From Alistipes sp. (GTDB taxonomy: Bacteria; Bacteroidota; Bacteroidia; Bacteroidales; Rikenellaceae): DNA of 64,000 nucleotides. The notes beneath the pieces were generated by a model. That model had not been told where the DNA came from and searched no databases. It was given only the letters and a program-made list of their open reading frames with translations. Below are positions 29,324 to 37,769 of the stretch, piece after piece. The position numbers were made by a program, and so were the translations under genes. Each line of letters starts with the position of its first letter. The stretch's first letter is position 1. The stretch covers positions 19,756 to 83,755 of the forward strand of contig JBJEGV010000009.1 of NCBI GenBank assembly GCA_051875395.1, read 5' to 3'.

Positions 29324-29355
29324 CAAATATAGAACAAATTTATTTTCCCTGCAAA
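29324..29355 (-). promoter_or_regulatory. tRNA-Asp promoter
   Basis: TATATTTG (29324-29331) and TTTG (29352-29355), 20-bp spacer. Confidence 0.8.
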
Positions 29356-29383
29356 AATTTCCGTACAAAATTTCAGAAAAATT

Positions 29384-29917
29384 TCATTTGCGGAACAGCG
29401 AGAAATGCACGCTTCCGTAACTCCTTAATTGCCAAAAATATTCGTTTGCCGAGAAATCTTTGGCGGCGGAGTGCTCGAATATGAATATGCCCCCTTCGCG
29501 CAGTATGTCGCCCGAAAGGACGAGCGGGACGATGTCGTCGGCACGCTCCAAATCGTAGGGCGCATCGGAAAAAACCACATCGAAACTCTTCGGGCAGTTT
29601 TTCAGATAGAGAAAGGCGTTGGCCTTTATCGGAAAGATGTTCGTTGCACCCAAGTCGCGCACCGTCCGACGGATGAAGTCGTAGTGGATGGCGTTGATTT
29701 CTACTGACGTTACGCTGCGGGCTCCGCGCGAGGCGAATTCGTACCCAATCGAGCCTGTGCCGGCAAAGAGGTCGAGTACGTCGGCCGATTCGTAATCGAC
29801 TATGTTGTTCAGTACATTGAACAGATTCTCTTTGGCGAAATCTGTTGTCGGACGCGCCCTCAAATTGCGGGGCGGATTGATGGTACGCCCGCGATATTTA
29901 CCGCTGATTATTCGCAT
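29384..29917 (-). CDS. rsmD: RsmD family rRNA methyltransferase
   Basis: Start MRIISGKYRGR; RPTTDFAKENLFN, LDLFAGTGSIGYE, FSDAPY, YGSVHF. Confidence 0.9.
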   Translation of the reverse strand: MRIISGKYRGRTINPPRNLRARPTTDFAKENLFNVLNNIVDYESADVLDLFAGTGSIGYEFASRGARSVTSVEINAIHYDFIRRTVRDLGATNIFPIKANAFLYLKNCPKSFDVVFSDAPYDLERADDIVPLVLSGDILREGGIFIFEHSAAKDFSANEYFWQLRSYGSVHFSLFRK

Positions 29918-30519
29918 ACGACCCTTTTGAAATAGCGTTTGAGCAGTCGGGCAGCACTCCGACTGCCGCGTATATATATATCGGTATCGTTGCCCAATCC
30001 CGCAGTCTCGACGAATTGCAGGGCATAGAACAGTACATCGTCTGCCGATTGCAACCTTATCGCCTCTGCCAATCGCAACGAGCCGTCGAACAGCCTGTAA
30101 TATGCCGTATCGTCGGCAATGACGATAGAGAGGTTGCGTCCCTCGTCGTGCCTCTTGTCGAGCAGCGGCGATGTAAATTTGGCTCTTGTTCCCAACGCGG
30201 CAAGCACCTTGTCGAGCAATGCGGCATCGATTGCCATGACTGCCACCGTTGCAGCCCGCATCTCGCTGCATACCGTCGTTTCGTCGGCAGAGCATGCCAA
30301 TCCCGCCACGGCGAGATATTGAGCCGACAGAGTCTCGTCGAAAGCCTCCTGCGGTACGAGCGTTACCTTGCGGGTGCAGACAGTAAAGAGTATGTCGTCT
30401 GTGCCGGCAACGGCCTCGGCAGGCAGGTCGGATGCAGAAAAAGAGTGTCCACCCAAATTGAATTGAATGGACACGTTGTTTCGGGCAGCAGCGGTGTTAT
30501 TCCCAGTTGCCTGCTTCAT
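29908..30519 (-). CDS. Hypothetical protein, DUF3822-like
   Basis: TLVPQEAFDE, SADDVLFYAL; sits directly upstream of rsmD as DUF3822 genes usually do in Bacteroidetes. Confidence 0.6.
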   Translation of the reverse strand: MKQATGNNTAAARNNVSIQFNLGGHSFSASDLPAEAVAGTDDILFTVCTRKVTLVPQEAFDETLSAQYLAVAGLACSADETTVCSEMRAATVAVMAIDAALLDKVLAALGTRAKFTSPLLDKRHDEGRNLSIVIADDTAYYRLFDGSLRLAEAIRLQSADDVLFYALQFVETAGLGNDTDIYIRGSRSAARLLKRYFKRVVCE

Positions 30520-31129
30520 TGTTACCGCCCTCCATCGAACCGAACTTGATACCCGGGTATCTGTTGCGATTGTGAATGTCGTTGTCGATAAGGTTGATTA
30601 TCTCCTGACGATAAGCCACCGTATCGAGGAATGCGATGTAAGGCGCACGGCACTCGACAGTCGGAATCACGATTTTGGATTCGGTGTTAATCAAACCCGC
30701 TTCGAGGATATACTCGGTTTGGTTGTTGGTGTAAGGGATGTAGCGCAGATTGCGGACATCCTGCTCGGAGAGTTTCTTGAAGAGCGAGTCCTTTACGGAG
30801 TAGGTAAATTTCTCGATGTTCTTCTTCTTCATCTTCTTCAACATTGCCATTGCAACCGAGTCGTCCTCATCGACGATTTTACGCTCTCCCTCCATGGTCT
30901 CTGTCAATACGAAATTGATGAGCGTATCGAAACTTGCGGTGAAACGCTGGTACTTGCTCTTGAACTGACGTTCGGCTGTACGAATCTCCTTGATGCGTTC
31001 GATGACGGCCGCTTCGCGCACCTTCTGCTCCTGCTCGAATTTGATAGGAGTAGAAATCAGAATGTAAATCCAAAACGAAAGGCCGATGATTGCCAATGCA
31101 AGAACTAACTGGATTATTTTCTTTCCCAT
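30497..31129 (-). CDS. Conserved Bacteroidetes hypothetical protein with N-terminal TM
   Basis: TM, then PIKFEQEQKVREAAVIERIKEIRTAE, LRYIPY, KFGSMEGGNNEAGNWE; -7 box TAAATTTG 31156-31163. Confidence 0.75.
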   Translation of the reverse strand: MGKKIIQLVLALAIIGLSFWIYILISTPIKFEQEQKVREAAVIERIKEIRTAERQFKSKYQRFTASFDTLINFVLTETMEGERKIVDEDDSVAMAMLKKMKKKNIEKFTYSVKDSLFKKLSEQDVRNLRYIPYTNNQTEYILEAGLINTESKIVIPTVECRAPYIAFLDTVAYRQEIINLIDNDIHNRNRYPGIKFGSMEGGNNEAGNWE

Positions 31130-31167
31130 TTTAATTATTTGTTATAAGTTTGTGTCAAATTTAATCG

Positions 31168-32598
31168 TTGCCGATGGACAAAACATTTATTGCGTCCCAA
31201 ATTTACGCAAAATTCTCGTATCAGCCAACTATAAACCAAAAAAAAATCATCGAATCGCTGTCTGCCTATCTTGCCGATGACGATTCGTCGCGGATTTTCG
31301 TGCTGAACGGTTATGCCGGTACGGGCAAAACCTCGCTTATCGCCGCTGTTGTCGCGGCACTCAAACAGTCGGGCATCCGTACCGTTCTGCTCGCTCCGAC
31401 GGGGCGTGCCGCCAAGGTGCTCTCGCAATATGCGGGCGAAAAGGCGCAGACAATCCACAAGCGGATATATCGCGAACGTACGGATGCCTCCTACCAATCG
31501 CGCTTTTCGCTCGGTTACAACAACGAGAGCGGTGCGGTGTTCATCGTCGATGAAGCGTCGATGATAGCCACGGATACGCACGGCGACGAACGGACGATTT
31601 TCGGCAGCGGCTCGCTGTTGGACGATTTGATGCGCTATGTGCGTTCGGGCAAACGGTGCCGCATACTGTTTGTGGGCGACAGTGCGCAGTTGCCTCCCGT
31701 CGGCAGCGATTGTTCGCCTGCGCTCGAACCTGCCGAACTGATGCCTTACGGCGATGTGATATACGAGACGATGGATGAGGTGGTGCGGCAGGCGCAGACT
31801 TCGGGCATATTGTTCAACGCCACTTTGGTACGCTGCATGCTCGAACAGGATATTGTTGCCATTCCGCGTTTCGATACGGGTTACGACGACGTACAAGCCA
31901 TCGAAGGCGGCGAGTTTACCGAGTTGTTGCAGGAGTGTTACGACCGCTACGGGCGCGACGAAACGATAGTCATAACGCGCTCGAACAAGCGTGCCAACCG
32001 TTACAACGAGGGCATTCGTCGCCATGTGCTTTGCGCCGAGGAGGAGATAGAGAGCGGCGATATGCTGATGGTGGTGAAGAACAACTACCACTACACCGAG
32101 CGCATCGAGGATTGCCCGATGAACTTCATCGCCAACGGCGACATAGCAAGGCTCAAACGATTGCGGCGTTACGAGGATTTCTATGGTTTCCGCTTCGCCA
32201 ATGCCCTGCTTTCGTTCGGCGACTACGACGACACGGAAATCGAGTGCAAAATCCTGCTCGATACGATTTATTCCGAATCGCCTTCGCTCACGCGCGAGCA
32301 GAGCCGCCGTCTGTTCGACGAGGTGGAGCGCGATTATACCGACATAGGCAGCCGCATCAAACGTTTTAGGGCGATTCGCGAGAATCCGCATTTCAACGCC
32401 GTGCAGGTCAAATTCGCATACGCCGTAACCTGCCATAAGGCGCAAGGCGGTCAGTGGAGTGCAGTCTTTATCGACCGCTGTCTGTTCGGCGACGAACAGA
32501 TGTCACGGGATATGTTGCGATGGCTCTATACCGCCATGACACGAGCCAAGGAACGGCTCTATTTGGTCAATTTCGACGAGAGATTTTTCGCCGAGTAG
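31168..32598 (+). CDS. RecD2-like SF1 helicase / exoDNase
   Basis: [55 protein letters not shown]. Confidence 0.9.
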   Translation: MPMDKTFIASQIYAKFSYQPTINQKKIIESLSAYLADDDSSRIFVLNGYAGTGKTSLIAAVVAALKQSGIRTVLLAPTGRAAKVLSQYAGEKAQTIHKRIYRERTDASYQSRFSLGYNNESGAVFIVDEASMIATDTHGDERTIFGSGSLLDDLMRYVRSGKRCRILFVGDSAQLPPVGSDCSPALEPAELMPYGDVIYETMDEVVRQAQTSGILFNATLVRCMLEQDIVAIPRFDTGYDDVQAIEGGEFTELLQECYDRYGRDETIVITRSNKRANRYNEGIRRHVLCAEEEIESGDMLMVVKNNYHYTERIEDCPMNFIANGDIARLKRLRRYEDFYGFRFANALLSFGDYDDTEIECKILLDTIYSESPSLTREQSRRLFDEVERDYTDIGSRIKRFRAIRENPHFNAVQVKFAYAVTCHKAQGGQWSAVFIDRCLFGDEQMSRDMLRWLYTAMTRAKERLYLVNFDERFFAE

Positions 32599-32609
32599 CA
32601 AAATTTTCG

Positions 32610-32617
32610 TACATTTG
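32610..32617 (+). promoter_or_regulatory. -7 promoter box for mutS
   Basis: TACATTTG 22 bp upstream of ATG 32640. Confidence 0.65.
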
Positions 32618-32639
32618 CATCTGTTGCAGAGCAAAGGCT

Positions 32640-35318
32640 ATGGCAAAGAACGACGATACAAAATATGTTGAGACGCCGTTGATGAAGCAGTACTATGCCA
32701 TCAAGGCCGTCCATCCCGATGCGATTCTGTTGTTCAGGGTCGGCGACTTTTACGAGACCTTCGGCAGCGATGCGATTGAGGCAAGCGGCATACTCGGCAT
32801 CACGCTTACGCGCCGAGCCAACGGCACTGCGTCGTTCGTCGAACTCGCGGGCTTCCCGTATCATGCCATAGATGCCTATCTGCCCAAGTTGGTGCGTGCC
32901 GGCAAGCGTGTGGCCATTTGCGAACAGTTGGAAGACCCGAAGTCGGTCAAAGGCTTGGTCAAACGCGGTGTTATCGAACTCGTAACCCCCGGGGTGGTGC
33001 TTAACGACAACATCCTCGAAAACAAGGAGAATACCTATTTGGCTGCCATCTGTTTCGGGCGCGAAAATACGGGTGCCGCATTTTTGGACATCTCGACGGG
33101 CGAGTTTTTCATTGCCGAGGGCGACGACCGCTACATCGACAAACTATTGTCGAATCTCTCGCCTCGCGAAGTGGTCTATCAGCGCGGTTACGACGACCGT
33201 TTTGCCACCTCGTTCGGCTCGAAATACTATACCTACAAGTTGGACGATTGGGTCTTTTCGTACGATGTCAATGTCGATAAACTCTGCAAGCAGTTCGGAG
33301 TGCCTAATCTCAAAGGCTTCGGTGTCGATACGCTCCACAACGGCATAGCGGCTGCGGGAGCGGTGCTGTATTATCTCGAATTTACCGAACATCGCAATAT
33401 CGCCCACATAGCCTCCATATCGCGTTTGGAGCAGAGCGACTATGTGTGGATAGACAAATTTACCATTCGCAATCTCGAACTTTTCTGCACCAACGGCGGC
33501 AATGACAACGGCTCGTTCGTGCGGGTTATCGACCGCACGCTGACACCTATGGGCGGTCGTCTGCTCAAACGGTGGGTGGCGATGCCGATTCTCGACATCG
33601 CCGAAATCAACCATCGGCAGGATGTGGTCGAGGCCTTCGTGAAGGGGCGCAAAACGGCAGAGGCTGTTGCCAAGCAGGCGGAGTGCATCGGCGATTTGGA
33701 GCGCATAGCCTCGCGCATAGCCTCGTTGCGGGTGCTGCCTCGCGAGTTGGTGCAACTCAAATTGTCGTTGCAGGCATTGGAGCAGTTGAAAGCGACGCTC
33801 GACGGCAGCGACAGCGAGGTGCTGCATGCGGTTGCCGCAAACATCTGTCCGCTTGTGCAGGTGCGCGAACGGTTGGCTCACGACATCTATCCCGACCCGT
33901 CGAACAATCAGATTCAGAAGGGCGGAGTGATAGCCGACGGAGTCAGTCCCGAACTCGACGATTTGCGCCGCATAGCACTCCATGGCAAGGATGTGCTGGC
34001 GACAATTCAGCAGCGCGAGAGCGAAACGACGGGTATCCCGTCGCTCAAAATAGGCTACAACAACGTTTTCGGCTACTATATCGAGGTGCGCAATACCCAT
34101 AAAGAAAAGGTACCCGAGAGGTGGATTCGCAAACAAACGCTCGCCAATGCCGAGCGATACATCACCGAGGAACTCAAAGAGTACGAGCAGAAGATTCTCG
34201 GTGCAGAGGCGCGTATGGCGGAACTCGAACAACAACTTTACGACGAGTTGGTCGCCTACCTCTCGCAATACCTCAAAGAGTTGCAGAGCAATGCTCATGC
34301 CGTGGCGCGTATCGACTGCCTGCACTCGTTTGCCGTCATGGCACGCGAACGCAACTATGTCCGTCCGCTGCTCGACGAGAGCAACAGCCTCGATTTGAAG
34401 GGTGCGCGTCATCCCGTCATCGAAACGATGATGAAGGTGGGCGAGGAGTATATCCCCAACGATGTCGCACTCGACGACACGAAGCAGCAGATTATGATGA
34501 TAACGGGTCCGAATATGTCTGGTAAATCGGCTCTGTTGCGTCAGACGGCACTTATCGTGCTGATGGCTCAAATGGGGTCGTTCGTGCCGGCACGCAAGGC
34601 GCGTATCGGTATCGTGGACAAGATTTTTACCCGAGTGGGTGCATCGGACAACATCTCGCAGGGCGAATCGACCTTTATGGTGGAGATGCTCGAATCGGCA
34701 AGCATTCTGAACAATATCTCGTCGCGCAGTCTCGTGCTGTTGGACGAAATCGGGCGAGGCACAAGCACCTACGACGGCATATCGATAGCATGGGCCATGG
34801 TGGAGTATCTGCACAATCATCCGCGCGTGCATCCGCGCACGTTGTTTGCCACCCACTACCACGAACTCAACGAGATGGAGCAGGTATGCCCGCGAGTGAA
34901 AAACTACCACGTTTCGGTCAAGGAGGTGGACAACACGATTGTCTTTTTGCGCAAGTTGGAGCGTGGCGGTACGGAACACTCGTTCGGTATCCATGTTGCG
35001 CGTATGGCGGGTATGCCGCATTCGATAGTGGAGCGTGCGACCGACATCCTGCACAGCCTCGAACAGGTCTATGGCAACAACGAAATGGCACCGTCAGGCA
35101 ATCTGCGCAATCGCGGCAAGCGACAACCGTCGCCGAGCGTTACGGAGGCTGTCGGAGGGAACGGCGCGTCGTCGATTCAACTCTCGATGTTCCGCTTGGA
35201 CGACCCTGTGTTGATTCGGATTCGCGACATGATTCGCGATTTGGACATCAACTCGCTCACCCCTCTCGAAGCATTGAATACACTCAATGAGATAAAGAAG
35301 TCGGTGATTAGCGATTAG
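32640..35318 (+). CDS. mutS: DNA mismatch repair protein MutS
   Basis: [60 protein letters not shown]. Confidence 0.98.
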   Translation: MAKNDDTKYVETPLMKQYYAIKAVHPDAILLFRVGDFYETFGSDAIEASGILGITLTRRANGTASFVELAGFPYHAIDAYLPKLVRAGKRVAICEQLEDPKSVKGLVKRGVIELVTPGVVLNDNILENKENTYLAAICFGRENTGAAFLDISTGEFFIAEGDDRYIDKLLSNLSPREVVYQRGYDDRFATSFGSKYYTYKLDDWVFSYDVNVDKLCKQFGVPNLKGFGVDTLHNGIAAAGAVLYYLEFTEHRNIAHIASISRLEQSDYVWIDKFTIRNLELFCTNGGNDNGSFVRVIDRTLTPMGGRLLKRWVAMPILDIAEINHRQDVVEAFVKGRKTAEAVAKQAECIGDLERIASRIASLRVLPRELVQLKLSLQALEQLKATLDGSDSEVLHAVAANICPLVQVRERLAHDIYPDPSNNQIQKGGVIADGVSPELDDLRRIALHGKDVLATIQQRESETTGIPSLKIGYNNVFGYYIEVRNTHKEKVPERWIRKQTLANAERYITEELKEYEQKILGAEARMAELEQQLYDELVAYLSQYLKELQSNAHAVARIDCLHSFAVMARERNYVRPLLDESNSLDLKGARHPVIETMMKVGEEYIPNDVALDDTKQQIMMITGPNMSGKSALLRQTALIVLMAQMGSFVPARKARIGIVDKIFTRVGASDNISQGESTFMVEMLESASILNNISSRSLVLLDEIGRGTSTYDGISIAWAMVEYLHNHPRVHPRTLFATHYHELNEMEQVCPRVKNYHVSVKEVDNTIVFLRKLERGGTEHSFGIHVARMAGMPHSIVERATDILHSLEQVYGNNEMAPSGNLRNRGKRQPSPSVTEAVGGNGASSIQLSMFRLDDPVLIRIRDMIRDLDINSLTPLEALNTLNEIKKSVISD

Positions 35319-35324
35319 TAGCCG

Positions 35325-35366
35325 GTGGTTAGTGGTTAGGATTTGCGGGGTAGTTGCTCCGCAAAT
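35325..35366 (+). repeat. 42-bp direct repeat, copy 1 (GTGGTTA x2 plus hairpin)
   Basis: GTGGTTAGTGGTTAGGATTTGCGGGGTAGTTGCTCCGCAAAT, identical to 35592-35633. Confidence 0.95.
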
Positions 35367-35376
35367 TTTATATACT

Positions 35377-35490
35377 CCGTCATTCTGAGCGAAGCGAAGA
35401 ATCTGTTTTGGGCGTTGTTGCCCTTTGCGTACTTGCGCCCGATTCTGCCCGAGATTCTTCACTGCGCTGCGCTCCGTTCGAGAATGACGG
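35377..35490. mobile_element. Palindromic non-autonomous MITE/REP-like element
   Basis: 10-bp terminal IR CCGTCATTCT / AGAATGACGG; inner IR GAAGAATCT / AGATTCTTC; GCGAAGC motif; no ORF. Confidence 0.65.
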
Positions 35491-35545
35491 GCAGAGGGCG
35501 AGTGGCTGGGAAATTATGAGCGCAGCGAATTAAACAAAGAGAGTC

Positions 35546-35577
35546 ATGCCACACTCGTTGAACGAGTGAGATGGCAT
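35546..35577. repeat. Hairpin
   Basis: ATGCCA-CACTCGTT-G-AACGAGTG-AGA-TGGCAT. Confidence 0.75.
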
Positions 35578-35591
35578 CTACCGCTGTTTTA

Positions 35592-35633
35592 GTGGTTAGT
35601 GGTTAGGATTTGCGGGGTAGTTGCTCCGCAAAT
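35592..35633 (+). repeat. 42-bp direct repeat, copy 2
   Basis: Exact copy of 35325-35366. Confidence 0.95.
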
Positions 35634-35670
35634 GTTATGTTTGGTATCGGGTATAACGGTTATCTTATTA

Positions 35671-35743
35671 CTTGCGGCTGTTTATAGGAGTTCTAAGAGT
35701 TCTGGGAGTTCTAAGAGAACTAAGATAAGCCGCAAGGTTTTTT
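35671..35743 (+). repeat. Stem (CTTGCGGCT / AGCCGCAAG) enclosing four 9-nt tandem units, then a T run; possible terminator
   Basis: Units GAGTTCTAA, GAGTTCTGG, GAGTTCTAA, GAGAACTAA at 35688-35723. Confidence 0.75.
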
Positions 35744-35760
35744 ATTTCGGTATCTGCCCT

Positions 35761-35957
35761 GAAACTTTGAAACCCTTAAACTCTCAAACTCTCAAACTCT
35801 TATATTTGCTGTCTGCCCTCGTAGAACTCTTAGTTCTCATAGTTCTCTTAGTATCGTTGGCACATGATGCCAAACCCGTCATACGCACAACCAAAGCCCT
35901 CTTAAACTCTGAAACCCTCTGAAACCCTCCGAAACTCTGAAACCTCTTAAACCCTCT
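35761..35957 (+). repeat. Degenerate 8-10 nt tandem repeat blocks
   Basis: Five NAAACYYT units at 35761-35800; TAGAACTCT/TAGTTCTCA/TAGTTCTCT at 35822-35848; six (G/T)AAAC..TCT-type units at 35903-35957. Confidence 0.85.
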
Positions 35958-35986
35958 TCGGCTCGTGCATCACCTCTTGTGCGGCA

Positions 35987-36952
35987 CTATTCCATGTACG
36001 GTTCGCGTTGGCGCATGGCCTTTTCTATCAGTTTCGACCCGAGCGGACACTCTTCGCATCGTTCGGCACGGCAGTATTCGGTCGAGATTTGCAGCAATGC
36101 CTGACTTTCGAAGGCGTTGTGCGGCCGTATGCCGTTGCGTTCCCATTGCCGCAGGAACTGATTGTTCTCGGCAGGTGTGGCCTCCAACAGCGCAATAGCC
36201 CTGTTGCGCAAAATGTCGCTGTCCACATAACTGCCGTAGGCATATTGCAGCGGCGCGACGAGGTTGATGCCGAGCAACGCACTCTTTTCGCGCCCTATGC
36301 GTTTGGGTACATCGGCCGACAACTCGGCGGGGATAAAGTGCGATGCCCAATACTCCGATGCCTCCACTCCGAAAAGCCGTTCGACATCGGCAGGCGTGCG
36401 GCATTCGAGGAGTTTGTTCATGACAAAATCCTTCTGTGCCAAAAACGACGCGATTTGCGCCAACCTCAATACGGGATGGTTGTAGGGGCGAATGCCGGCA
36501 ATGCGCCACTCGGTGGCACGCATGGGCTGCAACGCATATTTCTTGGCGAGATAGAAGTATTCGCTTTGGAGCGTGCGGATATAGTCGTCCTCTTTGTAAT
36601 TGGCAAGCAGTCCCGACGTACCGATAAGCAAAGCCTCGACCGACAGCAGCGATTGTTGTTCGCGCAATACCGTCGAGTAACCGACTGTTCGCGCAAGTCG
36701 CTCGTAGGCTGCACGATTGCCCGTAACGTCCATCGCGCGGAACATCATCGCGTAAAATGTCTGATTCCAATTCTCGCCCGAGCAGAGATATATCTCTTTT
36801 ATTTTGCGGTATTTGCGTATCAGTCGGTCGTATGCCGCATCGATGAAGATTTCGCTTCGGTGTATCTCGTCCAATGTCCGCAGATACCCTCCGCAGTTCA
36901 ATGCTGCCGCTCCCTTTTTGAGATTGTTTATCAGTCGGGTGCGCTCGTCCAT
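35987..36952 (-). CDS. DUF2851 family protein (appears N-terminally shortened)
   Basis: NWNQTFY, LIGTSGLL, RPYNHPVLRLAQ, YWASHF, NAFESQALLQ, C-terminal YCRAERCEECPLG. Confidence 0.75.
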   Translation of the reverse strand: MDERTRLINNLKKGAAALNCGGYLRTLDEIHRSEIFIDAAYDRLIRKYRKIKEIYLCSGENWNQTFYAMMFRAMDVTGNRAAYERLARTVGYSTVLREQQSLLSVEALLIGTSGLLANYKEDDYIRTLQSEYFYLAKKYALQPMRATEWRIAGIRPYNHPVLRLAQIASFLAQKDFVMNKLLECRTPADVERLFGVEASEYWASHFIPAELSADVPKRIGREKSALLGINLVAPLQYAYGSYVDSDILRNRAIALLEATPAENNQFLRQWERNGIRPHNAFESQALLQISTEYCRAERCEECPLGSKLIEKAMRQREPYME

Positions 36953-36955
36953 CCG

Positions 36956-37291
36956 TTACAACAGATTAAGTTCCATCAACGCCTCGTCCGACATCATGCT
37001 TTTGTCCCATGCGGGTTCGAATACGAGTATTACATTTACCTTCTTGACACCCTCGACCTTGCCCACCTGCGTATTCACGTCGGCGACAAGTTGGTCTGCC
37101 ACGGGACAATTCGGCGCGGTAAGTGTCATCTGTATCGTAACCTCGCCCGACGGGTCGTAGTCGATGTTGTAAATCAACCCCAAATCGTATATGTTCACGG
37201 GAATCTCGGGGTCGTATATGTTTTTGAGCGTCAGAATAATATCCTGCTCCGTTTTAAGTATCTCTGCCGGTTCCATTGCTGTTTTGCCCAT
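36956..37291 (-). CDS. SUF Fe-S assembly protein (DUF59 / FeS_assembly_P)
   Basis: LKNIYDPEIPVNIYDLGLIY, MTLTAPNCP, VFEPAWDKSMMS. Confidence 0.92.
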   Translation of the reverse strand: MGKTAMEPAEILKTEQDIILTLKNIYDPEIPVNIYDLGLIYNIDYDPSGEVTIQMTLTAPNCPVADQLVADVNTQVGKVEGVKKVNVILVFEPAWDKSMMSDEALMELNLL

Positions 37292-37345
37292 TGCGTTGTT
37301 TGTCTTGTTTGCTTCTGTCGGGCTGCGATGCGTGCGTTTGCCCTT

Positions 37346-37765
37346 CTACTTTTTCTCGACCGAAAAGGCGAGTGCATACAACCGCATCTGCTTTATCGCC
37401 GCCAAAAGCCCGTTGCCGCGTGTCGGCGACAGATTCTCTTTCAGTCCGATGGCCTCTATGAAATAGAGGTCGAGGTCGATTATCTCCTGCGGCGAACGGC
37501 CGTTCAATACCTTGATAAGCAGCGCAATGATGCCTTTGACGATGATTGCGTCGCTGTCTGCCGAGTAGTAAACCGCGCCGTCTTTGAGTTCGGCATCAAT
37601 CCATACCCGCGATTGACACCCTTCGATTAGATATTTCTCCGTGCGGTGCGCTTCGTCGATTGCGGGCAGCGAGTCGCTGAGGCTGATTATGTATTCGTAT
37701 TTGTCGAGCCAATCGTCGAATATCGAGAACTCCTCGATAATCTCGTCCTGTATCTTGTCTGTCAT
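37346..37765 (-). CDS. sufE: Cysteine desulfurase acceptor SufE
   Basis: DWLDKYEYII, IEGCQSRVW, ADSDAIIVKG, LSPTRGNGL. Confidence 0.93.
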   Translation of the reverse strand: MTDKIQDEIIEEFSIFDDWLDKYEYIISLSDSLPAIDEAHRTEKYLIEGCQSRVWIDAELKDGAVYYSADSDAIIVKGIIALLIKVLNGRSPQEIIDLDLYFIEAIGLKENLSPTRGNGLLAAIKQMRLYALAFSVEKK

Positions 37766-37769
37766 ATCT

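Noticed and set aside
29161-29400. tRNA-Asp as an integration site for an island or prophage
   Set aside because: No integrase, no duplicated tRNA 3' end seen, and housekeeping genes on both sides.
35325-35633. Possible CRISPR array from the 42-bp hairpin-containing repeat
   Set aside because: Only two copies, a 225-bp structured spacer, and no cas genes.
35599-35922. 107-aa ORF inside the repeat island
   Set aside because: Translation of tandem repeats (SSKSS, LKPLNSQTLK), GTG start within a repeat, no recognisable domain.
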